The position numbers were made by a program, and so were the translations under genes. Positions 1 through 11,039 of a DNA stretch of 64,000 bases are shown piece by piece; position 1 is the stretch's first letter; the number at the start of each line of letters is the position of its first letter. The stretch spans positions 10,664,001 to 10,728,000 of the forward strand of contig CDPCPM010000073.1 of assembly GCA_976551045.1 (NCBI GenBank), written 5' to 3'. The notes under the pieces are model-generated. The model was not told the DNA's origin. It saw only the letters and a list, made by a program, of their open reading frames with translations, and did not search any database. The DNA is from Glaucostegus cemiculus (Eukaryota).

Positions 1-1430
1 GGCAAATACATGCTATTCTAGCCGGTGATGCCCCAAAACCCTGCCCACTATTAAGAAGGGAAGTAGAGGCCAATTAATTTCAACCAGTGGATCTGCTCAT
101 TTGAATATTATAATAAGGTCATGTGTCTCAGATTTAATCACCATTTCCTGGCATTGGGAAAGCTGGGAATTAAAGGGAGAGGAGGATGCTGGATCCAGGA
201 GGGTATCTTTTTAAGTGTCTGCATCTGGATCCCATCATCTTCAACCCTCATTCTGACGACATGCTGAACCATAACCAACTCACCACAGCCATCCCTGTCC
301 CTCCCTTCCCGTGCTTCCCAATTCTCCTGATCCACCTCATCCCACTGTCCCTTCCAGTGTACTCCCTTTACCCTTCCAATCTGTCACTAATGCTCCACTT
401 TCTCTCGTTACCCTCCTGATTCTTGCCTCAACCTCGGGAGCTCAGGCTTCAGTTCCCCTGCCCAGCCCCTTTTGGGTAGGTACCCAGACTGCAGCTAAAA
501 TGAGTATGCCTTGAACTCTTTCCCTTGTTCAATTACAGTTTTGCCTGTGAGTTTTGACTCCACTTTGTCCAGAACAGATCCGCTCTCATCTCACGGAAAC
601 TGGCCTTTACCCAATTCTCTATCTTTACTTTGGAGTGGCCTGTATCATTTTCCATGTTCAGCTGTTCTAAACACTGATATTATCATTGCTGTTCCTGGAG
701 GTTCCCCATTGTTACCCACCCCACTTGGCTGGCCCATTTCCCAGCAGCAGCGTCCAGCAATGCTGCCTTCCTGTCAGAAAAGTACTGACCAAGTTCTCCT
801 AAACATACCTCAGAAGCTCATCTCCTATCTGCCCCTTATGTTATTGTTATTCTCATCCAATATTTGGATAGTTGAAATCCACATTATCACTCTGCTATTA
901 CAGTCAGTCAACTCTATAATCCCCTGGTAAATTTGCTGCTCACGAGCTGGTGAACAGAAGAATAGCCCAAGTAGTGTAATCACAGCTCTATTGTTTCTTA
1001 ACTCTTTGTGGACAGATTCTGACCTTGATCATTCCAGGATATTCTCTGCCTTCAGCAAGTAATGTTCTCTTTCCCTTCCTTCTCTATCTTTTCTGAACAT
1101 CTTGTGTCCAGGAGGATTTAGTACCTTTCCAATCTCTTTTCTTGAGCCAGATTGTTATTACTATCACAGTTTCACAACTCTATGTGGTCAAATGTGCCTG
1201 CAGCTCGCCAACCTTCTTCAGGATACAAGATCTCCTTGTACTCTCTCTTAGTCTGGTCCTGTTGAGTAACTTATTCTGATACTATTAATCTTCCAATCCT
1301 TTGTGAATCTTTTTCATTCCTTTCCAATGCAACCTTCCTGTGACCACTCCCCTATCAGCACTAATGAACTTCTGCACAAGGATATTGGTCTGTTCTCCAT
1401 TGAGGTATAACCCATCGACACTGAACAGTA
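1..1430 (-). mobile_element. Old CR1 LINE fragment (ORF1 esterase C-terminus + ORF2 APE endonuclease)
   Basis: Minus-strand remnants DGLYLNGEQTNILVQKF (DGLHLN esterase block), KVGELQAHL, VIT.WLK and PGHKMFRKDREG. Confidence 0.7.
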
Positions 1431-1708
1431 CTGTACATATTATAGATTCACCAGCCAGTAAAATCAGTAGCATAATTCATTAGCATATAAAACATACATT
1501 CTAAGTTCACTAGGCTCTAAAAAACAGTTAAATTCATAGTTGTAAAGAACATCAGCCTAAATTTATGAGGATTTAAAACATACATGGGGAATTTGCTCCA
1601 ACATAAAATGCATGGTTAAAATTGGTATTGGTATTGGTATATTATTGTCATTTGTACTGAGCTACAGTGAACAACTTGTCTTGCATACCGTTCATACAGA
1701 TCAGTTCA

Positions 1709-2275
1709 CAAGATCACAAGACAAGGGAGCATAAGTAGGCCGTTTGGCCCATCGATTCTGCTCCAAAGGGAAAGGGCTGGGGGAAAAGGGGGAAGAGAAA
1801 AAAAAAACTTATTCTAACCCCAAATTCCAGCCTTATCTCGGTATCCCTTGATACCTTGACTAATTAGATATCTACCTATCTCCTTCTTGAGTATCTCCAA
1901 TGATCTGGCCTCCACTGCTTTCTGTGGCAAGGAATTCCATAAATTCACCACCCTCTGGTGAAAGAAATTTCTCCTCATCTCTGTTTTAAACCTGTACCCT
2001 CTAATTCTAAGGTTGTGCCATCTGGTCCTGGAATTCCCCACCAAGGGAAGCAGCTTGGCCACATCTACTCTGTCCAGTCCTTTCAACATTTTAAATGTTT
2101 CTATCAGGTCCCCTCTCATTCTTCTGTACTCCAGTGAGTACAGTCCAAGTGCCGACAGACGCTCATCATACGTAAGCCCTTTCATCCCAGGAATCATCCT
2201 CGTGAATCTCCTCCAACTCTCTCCAACATCAGTACATCCTTCCTAAGATACGGGGCCTAAAACTGTACACAGTAC
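1709..2275 (-). mobile_element. CR1 LINE 3' fragment nested in the Rex1-like element
   Basis: ORF 1814-2197 (ERLSALGLYSLEYRRMRGDLIETFK...RRNFFHQRVVNLWNSLP) plus 3' UTR with an octamer tail. Confidence 0.9.
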
Positions 2276-2855
2276 ACTGACATAATACAGGGTAAAAACA
2301 ATAACGGAATACAGAGTAAAGTGTCAGAGCTACAGGGAAGTGCATTGCAAGTAGAAAATGAGGTGCAAGGTCAAACAAAGTAGATTGTGAGGTCAAGAGT
2401 CCATCTCATAGTATAAGGGAACCATTCAATAGTCTTATCACCATAGGATAGAAGCTGTCCTTGAGCTGGTGGTATGTACCCTCAGGCTCTCCCTGATGAG
2501 AGAGGAGAGAAGAGAGAATGACCCAGGTGGGTAGGATCTTTGATTATGCTGGCTGCTTCACCAAGACAGTGAGAGGTAAAGACCATTGAGGGGGAGGCAG
2601 GTTTCCGTGATGTGCTGGGCTGTGTCCACCACTCCCTGCAGTTTCTTGTGGTCCTGGACAGAGCAGTTGCCATACCAAGCCTTGATGTATCCAGATAGGA
2701 TGCTTTCTATGGCGCATTGATAGAAGTTGGTAAGTGTCAAAGGGGACATGCCAAATTTCTTTAGCCTCCTGAGGAAGTAGAGGTGCTGGTGAGCTTTCTT
2801 GGCCATGGCATCCACTTGGTTGGACTAGGACAGGCTATTGGTGATGTTCACTCCT

Positions 2856-3669
2856 TTTTCAATCTTTTTATTGATAACAAATCAATACAGGTTAATATAT
2901 ATAACAACAATATTTACACATGTATTATAGAGCTATCAGGTAACAATCATAGGTAATCATTAAAAAAAGCAATAAAGTATGATATATATAAAAGAAATAG
3001 TTCCAACAATCTCTTGGCTCATAAGTAAAGTGTAAAAGATAGGAAAGAAAAAGATTTGTTATATAATTAGAAAAAAAAACAAGAAAAGAAACCCAAATCA
3101 ATAAAAAAATTATAACAATACAAAGTAAATTGAACCAAAAATTATTTTTAAAAAAAGGAAAAACAAAACAAGAAAAAAAAACTGGGCTAAAATTTTCAAT
3201 AGGAACAGAGCAATATAATGTCGTCAGCTCCGTTCCTCTGAATTAAAAAAATTTATAGAAGGGGAAACTACATCATGTGAAAGTATTGAATAAATGGACT
3301 CCAAATATCTTCAAATTTAAGTGAAGAATCAACAGTACCACTCCTAATTTTTTTCAAATTAAGACATGATATACTTTGAGAAAACCATTGAAAGGTAGTG
3401 GGGGGTATTGGATCCTTCCATTTAAGCAGAATGGCTTGTTTGGCCATCAATGTAACAAAAGCAATCATACAGTTAGCAGAAGCAGGTAAATGGCCAGACT
3501 TTATCCATGGTAATCCAAAAATTTCAGTAATAGGGTGAGGTTGTAAATCGATCTTCAGTACATCTGAAATAATATTAAAAATGTCTTTCCAATATTTTTC
3601 CAAATGACGGCAGGACCAGAACATATGCGTCAAAGAAGTCACATTCGATTTGCATCTATCATATATAGG
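2856..3669 (-). mobile_element. 5'-truncated L1-clade LINE with 16-bp TSD
   Basis: ORF2 C-terminus with zinc knuckle (DRC...SLTHMFWSC), T-rich 3' UTR, AATAAA. TSD GGTGATGTTCACTCCT at 2840-2855 and 3670-3685. Confidence 0.9.
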
Positions 3670-4589
3670 GGTGATGTTCACTCCTAGGAACTTGAAGCTC
3701 TCAACCCTCTCAACCTCAGCACCAATGATGTAGACAGGTGCATGCACACCGCCCCCTTTCCTGAAGTCAATGACCAGTTCTTTTGCTTTGCTGACTTTGA
3801 GGGAAAGGTTGTTGTCATGACACCATGTTACTAAGTTCTAATCTCCTTCCTGTACTCTGACTCATCGTTATTTGAGATACGGCCTGCTACGGTGGTATCA
3901 TCTGCAAATTTGTAGAATGGAGTTAGAGCAGAATCTGGCCATGAAGTTGAGCCAGATGAAATCGAGCCAAGAAATTGGCAGGGGGAGTTGGCAGGATATT
4001 TGGTGGGTCGGATTCGTGCAGAAGACTACTGGAGGAATTGAGCTGTGGGATTGGTTACCATCTTGTGTGCAGATCAGGTAGGGGAGCATGAAGCTCACAG
4101 TCAAGGTCAAGGGTCATATTATATCAAAAGTAAACTTTATTCATAAAAATAAGCACTCATAATACAATACAAACAGTACATGTCATCAAACCAATACATT
4201 CTATTTACATGAGAGAAAGTCATCACAACAACCAAATGTTCTATTAAGATCTATTCAAGTGAGCTCCACTCACCAGATCCACGACTGGGACCTGCTCAAG
4301 CAGGTCTCCTTTTAGTAACAATAAAGCAGCACCTCAGGCACTATAATAGCATAAGTGGGCCTCATCAAGAAGCAAGCCACTCTTCCATCAACCAAGATCA
4401 CTCTGTGCGTTGTTGCCTCAGACTCACAGAATATGCAGAAGCAAATTCACTGACTTCATGGAACTCACAATGTCCACAATTTTCCTTTGTGATTTGATTT
4501 ACTATTGGAAATGAATTCCCTAGAATGCAAATATGTAACACTACACAATCACATTTCTGGGTCCATGAGTTTGGGACGTAATGTTTTTA

Positions 4590-4826
4590 TTAAATATTTT
4601 TCAGCGTGGTAACAGGCCCTTTCGGCCCAACGAGTTCCACGCTGCCCATTTTAAACCCCCAAATTAACCTACCCATACGTCTTTCGAATGTGGGAGGAAA
4701 CTGGAGCACCCGGAGGAAACCCACACAGACACGTGAGAACGTACAAACTCTTTGCAGTCAGCGACGGGAATCGAACCCCGATCGCTGGCGCTGTAACAGC
4801 GTCGTGCTAACCGCTACACTATCGTG
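4590..4826 (-). mobile_element. tRNA-derived V-SINE (HE1-like) with CR1-type tail
   Basis: Minus strand carries A box TAGTGTAGCGG, B box GGTTCGATTCC, V-domain GTGGGTTTCCTCCGGGTGCTCCAGTTTCCTCCCACA, and tail GGGCCGAAAGGGCCTGTT. Confidence 0.85.
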
Positions 4827-4829
4827 TTG

Positions 4830-5365
4830 AAGAAGCTTGGGGGAGATGTTGCAGTGCAGTTTTCAGATGGCACACACTGCAGTCATGGCTTGTTCAATGG
4901 AGGAATGGGCAAAAGATAAGGCCAGTATTGTTGATGCTAAACTCATCCAGCAAGTGGATGAGATTACTCTTTCACTCCTATGAAACCTTCCCTCCATCCA
5001 CTGTCCTGACTTGTGCCTTGTGGATGGAGGGAAGGTTTTATAGGAGTGAAGGTTGGGGGGGGGGAGGGTGTAGAATGGTCAGGACATGAATCAGTTGATG
5101 CGGGATTTGCTCTTACTGCCACAGTATTTCTGTAGCTGAGCTAGTTAAGCTTTTGGTAAATGGTGACCTTCATAATGTTGATGGGGAATTTGATGATGGT
5201 AATACTGTTGAATGTTAGTTATAGGTGATTAGATTCTCCATTGTTGGGGAATATTACTCACCACTTCTCAGCCCTTGGCTTGTCTAAGTCTTGTTGCATG
5301 CAGCCATGTCCTGCTTCATTTTCTGTGGAGTGGTGAATTGAACTGAAGTTTGTGCAAACATCCTC
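4830..5365 (-). mobile_element. Highly degenerate CR1-like LINE fragment
   Basis: Resembles the endonuclease region of an old CR1-like family from memory; no intact ORF. Confidence 0.45.
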
Positions 5366-6294
5366 TGTTCTGAAAATCAAAGAAACTGCAGAAACAAGAA
5401 ATTTGAAATAAAACAGAAAATGCTGAAAATACTCAGCTGGTCAGGCCACATCTGTAGGAAGAGAAACAAAACCAATGTTTAGGTTGTAGATATTTAATTT
5501 ACTGGCATGTAAAATATGTTTTACAAAGTTACTAGGACATTAGTGCACAGAATAAATGTACTAGAATACAAATGAACACAAAAACTCCCAGTTGGCAGTG
5601 TGAGTTTATTGCGTGGGACAATATTTTGTTTTGGTCAGGATTATAATAAGTACAGGGTTGGCTTTGTCTGCAATTAATTTCTTGTTTACTGAGAAGTGAA
5701 ATAAATTTGGTTTTGTCATGACTAAAAATACTGTGCTTCCAGAACTGTAGCTATTGCTGAGTTGATCTGTTCTGTAATAACTACGTTTTATAGAGATTGG
5801 AAATAAGATTTGATTTTGAATAGGAATGCTGGTTGTGGTCTAGCAGTAATATACTTCTATTTATGAACGGTCAGTAATAAATACAGGTTTGGATATGACT
5901 ACTATTTGCTAATTTGAAAGGAATTGAAATAAATGCAGATCTTTTTCAGAACTGTTATCAGCAACAGCTCAAACGGGTCTGCAATAAAAGCCGGTTTGGA
6001 CCAGGCTTTCATACATATTGGCTTCAACAAGAGTGTAATAACTGCAGTGTTGGAGATCACTGTAATAAATACAACAGTGGACAGGTCTGAAGTAATTGCA
6101 ATATTGGACAGATCTATAATAATTACTAATTTGGACTGGACAGTATATATTTGTGGGTTTGGTGAAGATAATATCTGCTGGTTTAGAAACTGTACATCTG
6201 CTCAAGGCTGTAATAAGTTCTGGGTTTAGTCAGGACAGCAGTAAATACTGATTCTGACAGATATGTGGTTGGTTTGGACAGGTTGAAATAAAAA

Positions 6295-6655
6295 ATTATA
6301 AATATATGAATTAGGAGCAGGAGTAGGCCTCTCAGACCCTCAAACCTGCTGTGCCTTTCAATAAGATCATATCTGTTCTGATTATAACCTCAACTTCGCA
6401 TTCTCATTTAACTGTGGTAACCTTTGATTTATTTTCTTATAAAGTATCCAGCTACCCAAGCCTTAAAAATATTCAAAGACTCTGCTTCCACCAGCCTTTG
6501 AGGAAGAGAGTTTCAAAGACTCATGACTTCTGAGAGAAAAGTAAAGTTGCCTCATTTTGGTTTTAAAATGGTGGCTCCTTAGTTTTAACCAGTGACCTTT
6601 AGTTCTATATTCTTCAGCAAGAGGAAACATATTCTGCACATCCACCATGTCAAGA
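6295..6655 (-). mobile_element. CR1 3' fragment
   Basis: ORF 6463-6648 (MFPLAEEYRTKGHWLKLR...KTKMR) plus a typical 3' UTR. Confidence 0.8.
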
Positions 6656-7094
6656 ATAACTAGTTTTGTACAGAGCTGTGATTAGCATTTGCACAGGATT
6701 GGCTTGGATTGGCCTGTAATAAATATTAATTTGCACTTGGCTATCGAAGCATTAAAAATCAAATAAACTGTAGACGTTGGAGCTATGAAATAAAACCAGA
6801 AAGCAGAAGGATATTTGACCCAAAACATTCACTCTGTTTCTCTTTCCACAGATGCTGACTGACCTACTGAGTGTTTCCAACATTTTCTGCTTTTATTGTT
6901 GCACTGCTTTGAACAGAAGTGTATATACACTGGTTTGCACAGATTTAGATGACAGAATAGAGTACAGAGCTTCAGAGCTCTGCAACATTTTTGGTTTGGA
7001 TTGTAATGTGTGGTGGTTTGGAAATGATTGATAATCACAATGAGCATATGCAACCATATCACATACTTAATGCATATAACTGAGGATAAATTTC

Positions 7095-7360
7095 TATCTC
7101 ACTGTTAGGAGTCAGACAAATTGAACTGTGAAGAAAATTTCTTTGCACAATTTTCTATCCAAGAGGACTCTGGGTATCCGATGGGTATATTCAAGGCTGA
7201 GGTCAATGTATTTAAGACTTAAGAGATTCATGAGGCTGAGAGGATAATGGTTTGGGATGGGAGGAAAGTGGAAATGATACAAAGGTTTAGTCACAATCTT
7301 ACTGAATGAAGAATAGGCTCTTTATGGCTCCATCTGGTCTTCTTTTGCTCCCATTTCATA
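7095..7360 (+). mobile_element. Degenerate CR1 3' end
   Basis: Contains tatattcaaggctgaggtcaat and a terminal hairpin region like other CR1 tails in the window. Confidence 0.6.
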
Positions 7361-8069
7361 AATTCCTTAACATTGTTCTTGACAAAGCTACAAGAAGTAT
7401 ATTTTTTAGGACCTAACAAACACTGGTTTGGACTAGGCAGTAATAAATATTGGTTGGCACCAGACTGTAAAAGCATTGCTCTGTACAGGATAGTGATAAA
7501 TATTGATTTACACTGGGCTGTAATAGTGATTTAGATTGGACTTGAATAAACTGATTTTTGTACAGGACTATAACAAACATTAGTTTGCACTGGACTCTAT
7601 AAACTCTGCTTTAGACTAGATCATAAAACACTACTGTCAACTGGACTGTAATTAGCTCTCATTTGAACGGGATTGTAATAAACACTGGTTTGGACAGGAT
7701 TGTCACATATGGTTTTGGGCTGGGCTGAAGTAAATGGCTGAGCTGTAATAAACACTGGTTATTGGGCAATAACAAACACAGGTTTCAAGTGAATGAAGAT
7801 AAATATTGGTTTGAACTGGATAATGATTTAGTTTGGCCTGAATTGTAATAACCTTTGTTTTGTACTAACCTACAAAAAGCTGGTTTGGCCTGTGCTATAA
7901 TAAACTGAACTTATAAAGGGAAAAAGGAAATATTCAGCAGGTCAGGCAGCTTCTGGGGAAAGAGCAACAGAAGTAATGTTTCAGGTCGAAAACCCTTTGT
8001 CAGTGGTAGTGGCTTGATTTGGACTACTCTGTAATAAACACTAGTTTACATTTACTAATGACACAAACC

Positions 8070-9130
8070 ATTTACGTGTAGTGAACTAGGGGGAGGATAG
8101 AAATAAAATTTAAAGAGATACAAGAATGTTTGGTGGAAGGTGGAATTTAATGCTGAGAAATGCAAAGTGTTACTGTTTTGGTAGGAAGAATTAGAAGAGC
8201 TAATATAAATTGAAGGAACATTTTTAAAAGGTGCAGGAACAAGGAGATCTGAAGGTGTGTTGTATAGTTCATTGGAAGTGACAGGATGGATTGAGACAGT
8301 GTTTAATAAAGTGTATAGAATCTTTGGCTTTAGTTATAGTTATTACACTCCAGTACTCCAAGTGTGCAGAAGCAGTGTTGTGTAAAGTTTCATTGTGACT
8401 TTCTTGCTCTTGCATTCTATTTGTAGAGCAAGGAAGTCATGAAGAACCTATATACAACACTGGTTCAGCCACAGCTGAAGTACAGTCCAATTCTGTGTAC
8501 CATACTTTAGGAAAGATATAAGGCTTCAGAGTGGGTGCAGAAGAGATTTACTAAAATGATTCCAGGAATGTGAGACTTTGTTTATGTGGATAGACTGGAG
8601 GAGCTGGGGTTGTTCTGACTGGGCCAGAAGAGGTTGTGAAGGGATCTAATAAGTACTTAAAATCACCAAGAGTATAGCGGGAAACTGTTTACATTGGCAG
8701 AGGGGCCAATAACTAGGGGTCATTTCTGTGTGACATTTCAGTCTATCCAGTCTATGCCAAATCACAGGGCAATCCCATTCCCCACTAATTTCCCTGTAAC
8801 CTATTCTCCCCACAATTCCATCAACTCCTCTAGTTTCTACCATCCAGCCACAATGGGGACAATTTACAGTGGTCATGAATGAAGGTGATTGGCAAAAGAA
8901 ACAACATTTTAATGCCGTGGTTAGGGACTGAAACACGTTGCCAGGGGCAGTACTGGAGACAGTTTCAGTTGTAGCAGTCAAGAGGGAGCCTGGTAAGCAT
9001 CTGAAAAAAAATAAATTGCAAAGTGATGGGGAGGAAATTGGGAGAAACTGGATTTTTTATGTAGGGCCAATGTGAACTTGAAAGGCCTGATAGCAAGCTT
9101 CTGTGCCGTAACCATTCCATGATTCTGGTT
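8070..9130 (+). mobile_element. Degenerate CR1 3' half with nested minus-strand SINE tail (8724-8870, flanked by GGTCAT)
   Basis: Remnants FNAEKCKV, YTTLVQPQL.Y, VQKRFTKMIPG; GGTCAT at 8718-8723 and 8871-8876. Confidence 0.75.
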
Positions 9131-9639
9131 TGTTCTAGAGTATGATTTGAATAGACAGTAGTAAACACTTTTTGGAAAGCTGTGTAATAAACACTGGTTT
9201 AGACTGGGCTTTAGTACACAGCGTTTTGGATGGGTATAATTAATTCTGGGTTGAATTGGTCTGTAAAACACTGGATTGGACTGGATTGTAATGAACCTTG
9301 ATCTGAATTGTACTGTAACAACCGTAGGTTTGGACAAGATTATAATAAACTGGACTGGATAGTAATGAACATTTCTTTGGATAGGACTTCAAGAATCATT
9401 GGATTTACCCATGCTGTAGTGAAAACTACTTTATACTGTTATAAACCTAGGTTTGGAGTGGATTGTAAAAAACTTTGGTTTGTGCTATAATTACCTGAAA
9501 TAAAAATATAAATTGCTGGAGTTATTCAACAGGTCAGGCAGTGTCTGCAGAAAGATAGGGTTAGCATTTCAGATCAAAATATTTCATCTGCAGTTTTATT
9601 TGCTTTTTGCTTTCTGCTTTTCACTTATTGTAACCTGGA

Positions 9640-10110
9640 ATCTCCTGGAGATAGAGGATTGCCTTATGAAGAAAGGTTGGAGAAACTAGGCTTGTATCTG
9701 CTGGACTGTAGAAAAGTGAGAGGGAACTTGATATATGAGGGATCTTGACAAGGTGGATTTGGAGAGAAAGTTTTCTCTCATACGAGAATTTAGAACTAGG
9801 GCTCTCTGTTTATAAATAAGGGATCACCCATTTAAGAGAGGGATGGGATAAAGTTTTTTTTCTCTCAAAGGGTCATAAATCTCCAGAACTCTCTTCCTCA
9901 AATGAGAGTGGAAGAAGAATCCATGAATATTTTGAATCAAGGAGTAGACAGATACTTGATAGGCAAGAGGGTGAAAGTTGAAAGATAGATGAGAATGGGG
10001 ATTTGAGCTTATGGTCTGATGATATAAAATCAGTCATGATCCTATTAAATGATGCAGCAAGCTCAAGGTGCCAAGTGGCCTGTTCTTCACCTAGTCTGTA
10101 CGTTTATATG
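9640..10110 (+). mobile_element. CR1 3' fragment
   Basis: YEERLEKLGLYLLD remnant and a CR1 3' UTR. Confidence 0.75.
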
Positions 10111-11039
10111 TAGCTATGAAGTTTGAACTTGATTCTAATAAGCACTGGTTTGTACTGAATTGTAACAAATACCGTTTTGTACAGGGCTATAATGAGCACT
10201 GATTTGTAATGGACTTCCATCAACATTGGCTTCAACACTGTAATAAACACTGGTTTGGTCTGGACATAATGAAATTTGGTTTGAATTAAGCTGTAATTAA
10301 CATTGTTTTTAACAGGTCCGTAATAAACATTGGATATAAGTTACAATGTTTGGGGGGAGCTATATTAATGTTCATTTGAACTGGGCAAAATTAAATACTA
10401 GTTTGGGCAGGAAAGTAATAAACCCTGGTTTGTTTGGAGTTTAAATAAACACTGTTTAGCAAGACTAATAAACTTTGGTTTGCAAGGGGGTATAATTAAC
10501 GGGGATTATGATTGGATTTATCATAAACACTGGTTTAGTAAAACACTGGCTTTGTAAAACACTGATTTGGACAGGACTGTAATAAAATTTTGTTTGCAAA
10601 ACGATATAATTGACAGTATTCAGGACGAGGACCGGGCCAGGTTTGGAGATCACTGTGATAAGCTGTCTATAATTAAGTGTTTTGGTGACACTATAGTTTG
10701 GAAAAGATTTGTTGCGGCAATAGCTATTGGTTTGGTGAGAAGCATTCTAAGTGCAGAATCTGGAGAGTGATTCAATGAATGCTGGTTTCGACAGAGCTAG
10801 AATAGACATTGTTGTGAGACAGGACTGCATTAACACTGATTCGGATGGGACCATGATAATTTCTAAATTGAACTAAGATGAAATGAATGTGTGGAAACAG
10901 CCGAAGATGCCTTTGGGTCTGATTGACGACACTCTCGGGAGGATGAGCTGGTAATTCTGAATCGAGAAACTTTGGCCCTGTCCTTGTATCTGAGAGCTTT
11001 CCCAAAGTTGTCTCTTCGTGTTCTGATAGGTTGGTTCAC

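Larger units (their letters stand above)
1620..3945 (-). mobile_element. Rex1/Babar-type LINE 3' part, split by two nested insertions (pieces about 1620-1708, 2266-2855, 3670-3945)
   Basis: Peptides HAPVYIIGAEVERVESFKFLGVNIT and KKAHQHLYFLRRLKKFGMSP..LTNFY..AIESIL; (ATTGGT)n tail at 1620-1640. Confidence 0.8.
5600..10870. repeat. Degenerate ~27-bp tandem repeat (consensus ~CTGTAATAAACACTGGTTTGGACTGGA), interrupted by TEs
   Basis: Recurrent GTAATAAACACTGGTTT at about 7675, 7745, 8032, 9184 and 10240, with many variants. Confidence 0.75.

Noticed and set aside
4750-4826. tRNA gene
   Set aside because: The A/B boxes continue into a V-domain and LINE tail, so it is a SINE head; the same applies at 20100 and 40545.
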